This document shows, one piece after another, positions 53,922-64,000 of a DNA stretch of 64,000 nt. The translations under genes and the position numbers were made by a program. The stretch's first letter is position 1. Each line of letters begins with the position of its first letter. The stretch spans positions 416,001 through 480,000 of the forward strand of contig CAWCNS010000005.1 of the NCBI GenBank assembly GCA_963796965.1, read 5' to 3'. This DNA is from Calditrichia bacterium (GTDB taxonomy: Bacteria > Calditrichota > Calditrichia > JAJRVZ01). The notes under the pieces were generated by a model that searched no databases, was not told the DNA's origin, and saw nothing but the letters and a program-made list of their open reading frames with translations.

Positions 53922-55319
53922 TTAACTATTTTGCTTTTTTACATGTAAAAACATCTGGCTTCCGGTGTTCTCAAAAAACACAGAACTCTGAGCTGTTGGC
54001 TCGGACGATAACAATCTCTTAAACTCCTCTTCTGTTCGACAGTAGAGAACCCAATCAAGCCAGTATTCCATATAGATTCTGCTGGGATTTGAAACATGAA
54101 AATTACCAATTATCATTTCGCCTCCCGGTGTCAATAACTGGAATAGTTTAGAAAGGACAACTCGCGCTGCCGGAGGTGTAAGATAATCAAACAGCCCCAT
54201 GGAATATATAAAATTAAATTTTCCCCATTTATCCGTAACTTCTTTGGTGGTCAGCATGGTTCTCACTGACTCATTCAAGTAGGTTACGTCGAGTTTTTTG
54301 CCAAATTGGATTTGCAGATCTTCTACCAGGTTCTTAGCTGTCTCCAGGGCTGATGGATCCTGGTCTAATAAATTAAAATGATACTTAGAAAAGTCATCAG
54401 AATCAGACAGAATATCCTGAAGTTCGTAGGCCGGCCCGCAGGCAACGGATAGTATGGATAATTTTGTTTGTTTATTCCAAAGATTAGTTTTCTCGATATC
54501 GTTAAAATATTTAGCAATTAATTTTCTTCTCGTCCTAACTGCTTGTGCCCCTGGATGCTCAATTGGATGTTTATGCATAAGCATACCAAAAAGCGTATCT
54601 CCTTCGTAACTATTATCATATATCATCTTCATCATTTCGTAATCACCAGCATATCCTCTTGGTTTAAGATTTGTCCGCACCATAATGGGCGAGCAGGCGA
54701 TGATGTTCCACAACTGTTTTCTGAAATAAAATCCATGGCGTTCATGTTCTTCATTTGAATAGTTTGCTACCAAATTCCCCAGTTCCTCAAGTTTATCATC
54801 AAGAAAAGCCATAAACTTTCTTCCCTCAGTCTCGATGATTGATTTACGGATAATCTTTCTAATTTCCCTTGGCTCAGATTGAATTTGAGCATCGATTTGA
54901 TCAAAAACATCTTTATATACATTGAGGTCATAGGTTAGATTGGCCACATGATGCTTAAATTCCTTATTTATCTCATCTTTATGACCCAAGATTAAGGGGA
55001 TATTAATAAATGAGGACTGCAATTTTACAATATTTTTATTGAAGAATAAGTTCTCAAAATCATATACATCTTTTATAAATACGATCTTGCCATGTTTACC
55101 ATTTGCATTTCCATTTTTCAAGAGTTGGCAAGGTCCAAGCTTTACATTATTACCATTGAGTTTGAAAATCAATCGGGGAAATATAAACCCATCAGGGAAA
55201 GATTTTCCATTCAAAAACTTTATGTTCAATGAATACTTAGATACATATTCAGCCTCAATGGGGATATTTTCCCTGCCATCTATTAAAGTGGCATCTATTT
55301 TAAACTCAGACTGATTCAT
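53922..55319 (-). CDS. Class I SAM-dependent methyltransferase of the PhcB-like (3-hydroxy fatty-acid methyl ester signal synthase) type, with an extra N-terminal domain
   Basis: 465 aa; 'KPRGYAGDYEMM', SAM motif 'ILSVACGPAYE', 'LLDQD', 'YSMGLFDYL', 'IGNF', 'MEYWLDWVLYCR'. Confidence 0.75.
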   Translation of the reverse strand: MNQSEFKIDATLIDGRENIPIEAEYVSKYSLNIKFLNGKSFPDGFIFPRLIFKLNGNNVKLGPCQLLKNGNANGKHGKIVFIKDVYDFENLFFNKNIVKLQSSFINIPLILGHKDEINKEFKHHVANLTYDLNVYKDVFDQIDAQIQSEPREIRKIIRKSIIETEGRKFMAFLDDKLEELGNLVANYSNEEHERHGFYFRKQLWNIIACSPIMVRTNLKPRGYAGDYEMMKMIYDNSYEGDTLFGMLMHKHPIEHPGAQAVRTRRKLIAKYFNDIEKTNLWNKQTKLSILSVACGPAYELQDILSDSDDFSKYHFNLLDQDPSALETAKNLVEDLQIQFGKKLDVTYLNESVRTMLTTKEVTDKWGKFNFIYSMGLFDYLTPPAARVVLSKLFQLLTPGGEMIIGNFHVSNPSRIYMEYWLDWVLYCRTEEEFKRLLSSEPTAQSSVFFENTGSQMFLHVKKQNS

Positions 55320-55697
55320 TTGTTAGGATTTCCCTCGATTAATATTCTATGATCTTTTGTTTGAAATATTTCCAGAGCAGAAAAAATCAGATGTTGCCAT
55401 TTCAATGAATGCTAAATACTTGACAGTTACCCCAACTTTGCTTCTCTTAGCCCGTTCTAATATTTTAATAATCGGTGTAATTGTAGATGAATTCATATAT
55501 TCAATATTGCAGAAATCAAGAATCATTCTTTTTTCCTGGCTAATACTCTTTTTTAAATATTTTATTAGGATAGGGGTAATAAAAGAGCTGGGTTGTCGTT
55601 CGATACTTTTCCCAGCCCAATGGATATTAATATAATCACTTCCTTCAGTTACAGAAATCACCAACAGCTCGTTATTGAATTTTTCAGTCTTACTCAT
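55316..55697 (-). CDS. SiaC/STAS-like phospho-switch protein (one frameshift near 55410)
   Basis: 'WAGKS..RQP..FI.P', 'LDFCNIEYMNSST'; the shifted frame continues SLKWQHLIFSALEIFQTKDHRILIEGNPNK* with an ATGA overlap onto the methyltransferase start. Confidence 0.65.
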
Positions 55698-55711
55698 TAT
55701 CCCTCCAAACG

Positions 55712-56212
55712 CTATAATCCATATTTTGAGATGGCCGAAACATTTAAGGTGTCATCCAGAACAAAAAAATCAAGTATCGCCTTACCTTCATAGGCAATAC
55801 GCGCCAATCCCAATCCACTTTCTTCATCTTCCAATGGTTTTTTAGAGATCTCCTTTAGTTTTTCAACGTAGGCTTGAAATGAATCCTGATATCCCCTTAT
55901 CCATTGGATAGTCTGGTCTAGTCTTTTTAGATGATGGGTATTTTTACCATCGACCGGATTATTCACTTCAATGGTGATGAGACTTTTATCAATATCGAGA
56001 TAGATTAATACTTCGGACCTAAATCCTTCAAAATCTCCATATTTGATACTGTTCTCAACTAATTCACTAAGAATCATTGTCAAGGAGTGGATTAAATCAT
56101 CTGAAAAACCATGTGTTTCCAGAAATTGGATTCCTGCATTTCGAATATTTTCAATTTCATTCCATTCAGGAGGAATGTTCAACTTCAATGAATTCTCCAT
56201 CCGCATCCTCAT
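55712..56212 (-). CDS. SiaB/RsbW-like HATPase-fold Ser/Thr kinase (anti-sigma-type)
   Basis: N-box 'SELVENSIKYG'; G-box 'ESGLGLARIAYEG'; no His-acceptor domain. Confidence 0.75.
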   Translation of the reverse strand: MRMRMENSLKLNIPPEWNEIENIRNAGIQFLETHGFSDDLIHSLTMILSELVENSIKYGDFEGFRSEVLIYLDIDKSLITIEVNNPVDGKNTHHLKRLDQTIQWIRGYQDSFQAYVEKLKEISKKPLEDEESGLGLARIAYEGKAILDFFVLDDTLNVSAISKYGL

Positions 56213-56573
56213 ATATTAACATTTATGGTATTCGTATTGTCATACTAACTCATTATATGTATTCGTCATAATCTGGCCCATTCTTTAATATGTGAAAATT
56301 ATTTTCCTTAAAAACCCCTAAAATAAGGCTTTATACGCTCTTCTTGTGAATTATTTTGCAACTTATTTAAATTATCACTTATGATACTAAGTTAGTCCCC
56401 ATTACCCATAAATCTTATGTAAAACTTTATAGAGATATTAGAATATATGGTATATATAGATTCTGGATTGGAACAATAAAACAGTCTATTTGTATTTGGA
56501 ATTATATTAAGGGAGAAAAGTATAGTCAGGCTGGGTAGAAAGATGTTAATTATTATAATTTTCGATCTAAAGA

Positions 56574-59005
56574 TTAATCCTTTACGACGATTAAATAGGT
56601 GTTGCCCCGCTCTGAAGCGAATTCACTAACTGACTTTACGGGCGTTGTGGTCTTTATCAGTTTGCCCTCCGAGGTTATTGTAAGCGGATAGCTGCAAAAA
56701 AGACGACATAAATTACCCGCCTCAGATTTAATCTGTCCCCGGGTTAACCTGCCCTTTTCCCATTCCATATCGACAATGAATCCACCACGCGCCTTTAAAC
56801 CGGTTATACGTCCTTTTGACCAGGATTTTGGTAAAGCGGGAAGAAGATGGATTTGTCCGTTATGGCTTTGCAGTAGCATCTCGGCAATGCCAGCCGTACC
56901 GCCAAAATTGCCATCGATCTGAAAGGGTGGATGGGTATTAAAAAGATTGGTTAAGGTACTCTTTTGCAAAAGCTGCTGCACATGTTTATGTGCTTCTTCA
57001 CCGTTAAGCAGACGCGCATAAAGATTGATAATCCAGGCCCTACTCCAGCCCGTATGACCACCGCCATGTTGCAGTCGGCGCTCGATCGTCGCGGCAGCGG
57101 CCTCAAAAAGTTCTGGTGTTTGAGGTGATATGAGGGCAAACGGGTATAAACCAAGCAAATGGGACATATGCCGATGACCAGGATTCTTCTCCTCGAAATC
57201 CTTATACCATTCCCTGATAGTCCCATCATTACCTATACTCAAATCTGGCAATTTTTTCAACGCTGTTTCCAGTTCTCTACGAAATGCTTCATCAGTACCC
57301 AGAAACTCGGAGGCTTTGATCGTTGCTGCAAATATCGTACGAACAATCGTTGTGTGATAAGTGGAGCCTTGCGTAATCCATACAGCCTTCCCTGTTTCCG
57401 GATGAATATAGCTGTTTTCGGGAGAGGTCGAGGGTACAGTAACAAGGTTCCGTCTTTATTTTCAACAAGATAATCGAGTAAAAACACACAGGCCCCTCTT
57501 AGGACTGGGTAAGCCTGATCGTTTAGAAAAGACTGATCCTGCGTAAAGCAATAATGTCGCCAGAGGGTCATCGCCATCCAGGTTCCTGCTAATGGATCAA
57601 GAACACTGTTTAGAAACTGAGAGTATAAGGTAGAGCCTCCCGGTGTGGTTCTTCCAAAAAGATTAACCGTTACAAAGGCAACCCAGCCATCCGATCCATA
57701 TAGTTTTTCAGCGGAGATCTTTCCTTTTTCGGCCACACATCCAAACCAATCTACCAGAGGAATCATAGTCTCAGAAAGATTGCATAGATCCGCCGGCCAG
57801 TAGTTCATCTGTAGATTTACATCGAGATGATAGTCTGCCTCCCAGGGTGCCCACATTTCCTTATTCCATATGCCCTGTAAATTGGCAGGTAGTTTTCCAG
57901 GAAAGCGGGAACTATTCATTAGAAGATAGCGACCAAACTGAAAATAGAGTTCCACCAGACCAGGATCTTCCCTACCTTCTTTTAGCGCTGCCAGACGCTG
58001 GTCCGTGGGCAAATCATCCTGTTCAGAATCTCCAAGCTCAATCCCCACACGATTAAATATAGGACTATGCTCTTTGATATGGTCACGAAGAATCTCCACC
58101 CAGGACTTCTTTGCTGCTTTTTCAAGAATACTGTTTGCCCTATAACCAGGATCAATCGACCGGTCAAAATTCATCTTTTCCAGACTAAAATCAGTCACAG
58201 CTGTAAACAGAAGGATCATTTCATCCGCGCCGTCCACCACCAGCGTATTATCATCGGATTTTGAAGTTCCACCTTTTAGTTTTACAAGCAAACGGCCAGC
58301 GAATTTCATATGTTTGCCGCCGGGGCCCGATCCACCAGCATTGTCATCGTAGCCGCCATCAGATTTTGGAATGTCGACAATTTGTCCATCCATTTGCAGT
58401 TTGTTTTGTCCGGAAGTCGTGACTTCCATATCCTTCTGACGATCCAGACGAATTCGCCCACTTATGGACCCAGCCCTGTCTGAGGAGATCTTTATTGCTA
58501 TAACATCATCAACGGCTGAAATAAGAATCTCACGCTTGAATACAATGCCATCTACATGATACTGTACAGATACAAGACCTTTTTCCATATCGAGTTCGCG
58601 CCGGTATCCTTTTACATTTGGTCCGTGGTCCAAGGCGATCAAAAGATCGGCGAGAGGTTCATAAGAGCGAAAAGATGTCGGCTCTTTGGTAAGATTTTCC
58701 TTTCCATACTCATGGGCTTCGGGAATCTTCTCATCAAGAACAAGAGATTGTAATGTTCTCAGGTTCTCTGAAAAGTTGTCCGGGTAAACATCGAAAGGTT
58801 CCCCGGCCCAAAGGCTTTCCTCATTAAGTTGCAGCCTTTCAAGAGGCGCAGATCCGAATACCATGGCACCTAACCGGCCATTACCGAGCGGAAGGGCCTC
58901 TTCCCATTTCTCAGCTGGTTGCCGATACCACAGGGTGCTCTCTCCGCCATATGTCATCGTTATTGTGAATAGACAAATTACCCCAAACACAAAACATTTA
59001 ACCAT
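56574..59005 (-). CDS. GH95 alpha-L-fucosidase (frameshift near 57440)
   Basis: '[16 protein letters not shown]', 'QFGRYLL', 'PANLQGIWN', 'NLQMNYW', 'HRHMSHL', 'GWSRAW', 'PFQIDGNFG'. Confidence 0.92.
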
Positions 59006-59025
59006 TAATAATTCCTATCTCAGAT

Positions 59026-61838
59026 TTACTGTTTTGTTTCTAACGATTTCTCCGATTCTCTACCTTCTAGCCGCCAGGCATCATTTTCTTTGCTATCTCT
59101 TAACATATCCGCTGGATCATCAATGACAGGTGATTCGCCCAATTCTTCCCAGTTAAAATCTTCATCAAAAGGATCAAGTGCTTTTTGAGGATCAAAGATT
59201 CTTTTATCTACAGGAACTGCAGTATAAGGTTTAAAATCAGGCTGATTAGTAAACATATCAGCAAGATCTGTTGCTCCGGCATCATATTGATTCAGATAAG
59301 GCAATCCTAATGTATTCCAAAAGGTCTTAAAAATGCTACCAAAACTGTAATGCACTTTACCGACATAATCTCTCTTTGCATAGGGTGATACAACGATCAA
59401 TATGCTACGATGTGCATCGATATGATCAACACCATTCTGGGCGTCATCTTCGGTTATCACAATAACCATGTTTTTCCAATACGGGGTATGTGACAAAAAC
59501 TCTACAATTCGCCCCACCGCCAAATCGTTATCGGCCATGTAACTCTCGCGAAAGGGATATCCGGCCTCCGGCCGATCACCGGCACCATGATCATTAGGGA
59601 GAATCACTGTCAAAATTTGGGGCATTTTTTGTCCGCTGTTTATCCATTTTTTATTAAATTCTTTTATGAACATTTCTATACGAAACTGGTCAGGAATAGC
59701 CATATTATAAGTTGGAAAAGTTTTAGACGTTTTATCAAATATGGGTGCACGGCACAGGGTAATTCACAAAATGGCGAATCCCGGTGTATTTAAATGATTC
59801 ATGATAACTAGCTGGTTCAAACATTATTCCAAAACCGAAATTAAAAAAATCGATCCCGTGTCGTTGAAGATGCTCCCACATTGATCCGGCTTCATTATAA
59901 TCTTCCGGATAAATTGCGCCTGCTGCTCCATTCATCGCCAAAATACCAGGTGCTTTGGATTTTGTGTCATAGCTTCTATTACCACCATAACTGGCCGCGG
60001 TTGTTGTCTCTACCCACTCATTTGGATAGGTATTCACTAACCAGCGATGCCCGTCTGCTGAGACATCCGAATCAACATAAAAATTATCAGCAATGGCAAA
60101 TTGTTCACTTAGCTTTAAATGATTTGGCATAACTGTAGCATTATCGACTGTAACCGTTTTCTTTCGGTTCATAAAAGTGACATTTCGACCATAGCGGGCA
60201 AGAGTTGGATCTCCCTTGGCTTTGCCTATCTGGCCGAAGACTTCATCAAATGTTCTGTTCTCTTTAGAGATAAAAACGATATGTTTAAGAGGCGTTTCCT
60301 TTTGCCCACCATACAGTGGTACAGGATTATCTTTTCGCCATTCAAATATTTCCGAATCACTAAAATCAATTTTAAAATTATTCTCGATAACCTGTTGCGA
60401 CAATTGATCCAGGGCATCATCCTCAGGGATAGTGATCAGAGAAACAGTCCCTTTCATCAAACTACCAATATAACTGCCTTCAGGCCCGGGCGAATAATTT
60501 TTCCCGCCATTGGGTCCGCTTCCATAACCCTTAGCATTTGCCACGATTAGTTTTTTGCCGTCAGGTGAGACGGCTAGTTTTGAAGGAAACCACCCCACCG
60601 GAATATGTCCAAGAACACTTAGTGTCGGAACATCAATTATCCCGATGGCATTGATTCCTGATTCTGCCACGTAAAGTCTTTTCTGATCAGGAGATAGAGC
60701 AAGGCCAAAAGGGATTACGCCACGGAATTGTTTCACAGCAGAATGAGGTTTGAGATATATATGAGTAATAATTTTATTATCTCTAATATCGATGACAGAT
60801 ATATTATCATTATTCCCATTGCTGGCGAAAACATACTCATTTGTAGCCACTAATGAATTTGGACTGGAACCACCCACGGCAGGGATATCTTCAACCAATT
60901 CACCTACTAACGTTCCGGTTTTTATGCGTGCGCTTACCATTGGCTTATCAGGGTTCGTTAGGTCTATTGTCCAGACAGAAAAAGATTCCGGTACGTTCGG
61001 ATCACCCAAACCGGGTACTTTTGTCGAATCAGTCTCATAACCCTCCGAAGCTTCTTTCGAGCCGAAGGCAAAAGGAGGATATGTCAGACCTTTTTCGATC
61101 ATATCGTTCTCATCAACACCGATTATTTTTTTGTACTCAAACATGCCAACATTGGCCACGTAGACTTTGGATTCATCTGGTGAGAGGGTGATACCAAAAG
61201 GGTATCGACCCACAGCAACATTATGTAGAATTTTTTTACTCTTTGTATCAACAATGATCATCCGAAATTGTGTCTGATCAACAGCATAAAGCCGCCTGCC
61301 ATCCTGACTTAATACCATATCCCCGATATATCCATCGGGGAAAGATTTTGAAGAACAATCAATAATTCCTTTTCGATGACCATTATTGGGGTCAAACAGA
61401 TAGATTTTGTTTTCCTGACCTCCGGAAACATAAATAGTATTATTATCCGGAGATACTGCTAATCCCATGAATACTGATGCTAAAACACCCTTATCTGTAA
61501 TGGGACCTGGTGGAATCTGGAGAACTTGTGGCAACCCGCTAAAAATATTTTTAATAACGGAAACAGAAAGGGGTTTAGTACCCGAATTGGCTGTCACAAC
61601 TATGCTCCCATCATTACTTAATACCAGCCCGTAAGGATGCGGCGCAACCTGAATGGATTCTCCGAGAGGTGTGAGTAGGCGACCATTAGGGATTACGGTA
61701 ACACCCTTTCTATCCACTTGCGTGTATCGTTCACCGGCGGGTGCAGAAATGAGTGTAATCTTTTTTTCTGACTTCTTGCATGAAATTAAAACAAGCAATA
61801 AGAATGACGTTTATTAGAAAATAACCGTTTCTATTCAT
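59026..61838 (-). CDS. Lipoprotein: YncE/YVTN beta-propeller fused to a phosphoesterase (alkaline-phosphatase-like) domain; frameshifts near 61800 and 59750
   Basis: Lipobox LISC; YVTN-like repeats; 'KENRTFDEVFG', 'NFYVDSDVSADGHRW', 'LPNDH', 'EDDAQNGVDHIDAHRS'; ATG 61838 after GGAGG. Confidence 0.85.
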
Positions 61839-62399
61839 TTCTTTCCCATCCTCCAGGTTTATAGTATTAAAATAAGGAGATTTTTCCGACAGCAGATGAA
61901 TACAACATGGTAAATTTCAACAAAATATCAATTTGCCTTCGGCGATCCGCCAGCTGGCGGACAAAAAGTCCTGGCGAATTAAAACTCGCTCGCTGATATC
62001 GGATATTGAAATATTGAGGTGCTCGAACATTAATTCACCAAATTATAAAATAAAAAACAGAAGAATGTATAAATATAACTCACTGGCAATATTGCCTACC
62101 AATAGTAAATAAATCCACTAAAAAATTAACTGGCGCAACAAGGGCTTTATATCATGCAATGCTTGACAATTGAAAGTAAATAGGTATCCATTCAAAGGCA
62201 AGGTTAAATTAGTTAACAATCCCATTTCCCTCAGATAATTACATCTTTATGTACTACCCGTCACATATTTTTATATATAAGATATCTATATTTTAGCACA
62301 TATATATATTTGGAGTATAAATAATCTTTCAATAGATTAATTCACTACCTACCGATCAATACATATGAGACCTAAAAATATTGAAGAGGAGAGACTGCC

Positions 62400-64000
62400 A
62401 TGAGCCGGAAACTTTTTTTTATATTTTTACTCTTTATTTTTTATAATTCTATCGTTCAAACAGTTTTTGCCCAAACCCAATTCGAGATTTTAATTGACAG
62501 TGCTGCCTATAGAACAGATATCGCCACCGAAACAGGCAGGGCATTAAAAATTGTGACCTCGGAGGATCGTCTCATCGTCTTTGATTTTGAAAATTTTCGT
62601 ATCCTTTTTTATACAAAAGGAGAAGGATTTGATGACAGTGAAATCCAAAAAGTTGTTGGTCAACATTCCCGGATTCAAGATGGTCAGGCGTATGATCCCA
62701 GCACCTATAATCGCCTGAGCTGGGAATTTGGGGGAACAATTTTTAACAACCAACTGTGGGTTACAAATTATTCATTTGGTGAAATCCTGATTTTTGATCT
62801 GGATGGCAATTATCTCTCAACCCTGCCGGATCACTACCGGGTACTGGACACAAATGAAGATGATCTATATGCATTAGAAGGCAGCTCAATATATCGCTGG
62901 GAAGCAGGAGTGGATACCTTTGCTTATTTAGAAGAAGTTCCGGGAAATGTTTCTATTACCTCTGAAAAATATGGTGCAAATATTAAATTGGGTTCAGATA
63001 GGTTATGTGTGTTTAAACAGGACACATTAAAAGTCTACAATTTAACGGAGTATCTGAGTGGTCAAAATCAAGACACCCTCTTCACTGTCTCAAATTCACC
63101 CATGCCTGACTTTGAGATTATGGCCGATAAAATACTTTGGGCCACTGACTTATATGGGCAGTATGCTTATTCTGATCTGGATGGAAGTAATCGAAAGGAA
63201 GGTAATTTCGGCATATACACCTATACATGGCATTTTAGCACAGACAGTTTTTTATATGTCGTTGGCTCCTGGGGACTTAAAAAGTATAGCAGCGACCTAA
63301 ATGAGATTGAATCTATGTCAAGATATCCCTACTACTGGGACGGGCGTTTTTTCGGGGCTGATGATCAGAATCTATATTTCTATGATCATCGCGACGGAGG
63401 GTTTGTGACAACACCACTGAATTATGATGAGGGGACTTACCTGGTGAGCGAAAATAATGAAATACAATATAGCGGATGGAATCATGATTTCAGGCTACAA
63501 GATAAAAATGCTTTTCTTCTTTCTGAATGGCCTCCGGATTCGCTGCAGATCATCCATTTTGATATTGAAGCGCAAGATTCGTCCATGTTCCGTGTTGACA
63601 GCATTTACGGTTTTGATGTTTCCAACGATTCTATCTTTACCTTGATAGACTCAACTCTAAAAATTTACTCCCTGGCAGGTGATCTCCTATTTTCAAATAC
63701 ATTGCAGGGATTAAGCCAATCAAATTTGCATAATCTAGCGCGAAATTCCAAGGTACACATTTGCGTCAATCATCAATTTTTCTTTACTGTCTTTAATGAT
63801 ACATTAAATGTATTCTCTAAGACGGGGCATTTTATTACGTCTTATCCGTTCAATATTTTCAGTAATAGCTATGGTAACCTGTTATTGACAGCTGATGCGA
63901 ACTATGTATATAGTAACCAACGTTTATATGCTATTTCTATTACAACAGGAGAAGTTAATCCTTATGTTGATGGTGCATACGGAGGTGGATTTATCAATGG
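62400..64000 (+). CDS. Partial secreted protein, probably beta-propeller-rich; runs off the window end
   Basis: SD GAGGAG then ATG 62400; MSRKLFFIFLLFIFYNSIVQTVFAQTQ signal peptide; frame appears open to 64000 (...YVDGAYGGGFIN); absent from the ORF track because it has no stop. Confidence 0.75.
   Translation, partial: MSRKLFFIFLLFIFYNSIVQTVFAQTQFEILIDSAAYRTDIATETGRALKIVTSEDRLIVFDFENFRILFYTKGEGFDDSEIQKVVGQHSRIQDGQAYDPSTYNRLSWEFGGTIFNNQLWVTNYSFGEILIFDLDGNYLSTLPDHYRVLDTNEDDLYALEGSSIYRWEAGVDTFAYLEEVPGNVSITSEKYGANIKLGSDRLCVFKQDTLKVYNLTEYLSGQNQDTLFTVSNSPMPDFEIMADKILWATDLYGQYAYSDLDGSNRKEGNFGIYTYTWHFSTDSFLYVVGSWGLKKYSSDLNEIESMSRYPYYWDGRFFGADDQNLYFYDHRDGGFVTTPLNYDEGTYLVSENNEIQYSGWNHDFRLQDKNAFLLSEWPPDSLQIIHFDIEAQDSSMFRVDSIYGFDVSNDSIFTLIDSTLKIYSLAGDLLFSNTLQGLSQSNLHNLARNSKVHICVNHQFFFTVFNDTLNVFSKTGHFITSYPFNIFSNSYGNLLLTADANYVYSNQRLYAISITTGEVNPYVDGAYGGGFIN

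Noticed and set aside
89..61191. Numerous 60-150-aa ORFs nested in or antisense to long genes
   Set aside because: No recognisable motifs or initiation signals; treated as shadow ORFs.
5065..61838. Many split genes as pseudogenes or programmed frameshifts
   Set aside because: Single-base shifts hit unrelated genes, often near homopolymers, while catalytic motifs remain intact and the pieces stay collinear. Long-read indel error is the simplest explanation; short-read polishing would settle it.
62544..63645. Short ORFs 62544-62753, 63058-63300 and 63457-63645
   Set aside because: They overlap the long open frame starting at 62400 and are alternative-frame shadows.

Overview
A roughly 40% GC bacterial chromosome segment. 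Gene content (NYPNPFNP...KKMxLxK C-terminal sorting domains, a PorV/UPF0164-type barrel, many kinase-TPR genes) suggests a Calditrichota/KSB1-like lineage, which is an inference. Many genes are split by single-base frameshifts that look like long-read assembly errors, so I rejoin them here. Layout: (1) 7-25431 (+), a co-directional cluster with a large secreted protein, a PorV-like barrel, a repeat-only secreted protein, a PPIase lipoprotein, three secreted phosphoesterases, then glycerol-3-phosphate dehydrogenase-like genes, eutH and glpK. Almost every intergenic gap holds a palindromic element. (2) 25507-43955 (-), six paralogous membrane Ser/Thr kinase-TolB-like-TPR receptors arranged as three promoter-headed doublets, with mosaic sequence and an orphan 3' remnant. 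(3) tRNA-Glu(CTC) and tRNA-Arg(ACG). (4) Glycan-active genes and an unannotated 37-aa Lys-rich ORF. (5) 49635-56212 (-), a five-gene signalling operon: SiaB-like kinase, SiaC-like protein, PhcB-like SAM methyltransferase, a 6TM PP2C phosphatase and a 6TM hybrid histidine kinase sharing the same sensor motifs. This is the best candidate for an undescribed quorum-sensing/partner-switch system. (6) GH95 fucosidase, a YncE-phosphoesterase and a partial secreted ORF running off the end. No CRISPR array, rRNA, integrase, transposase or reverse transcriptase was seen.
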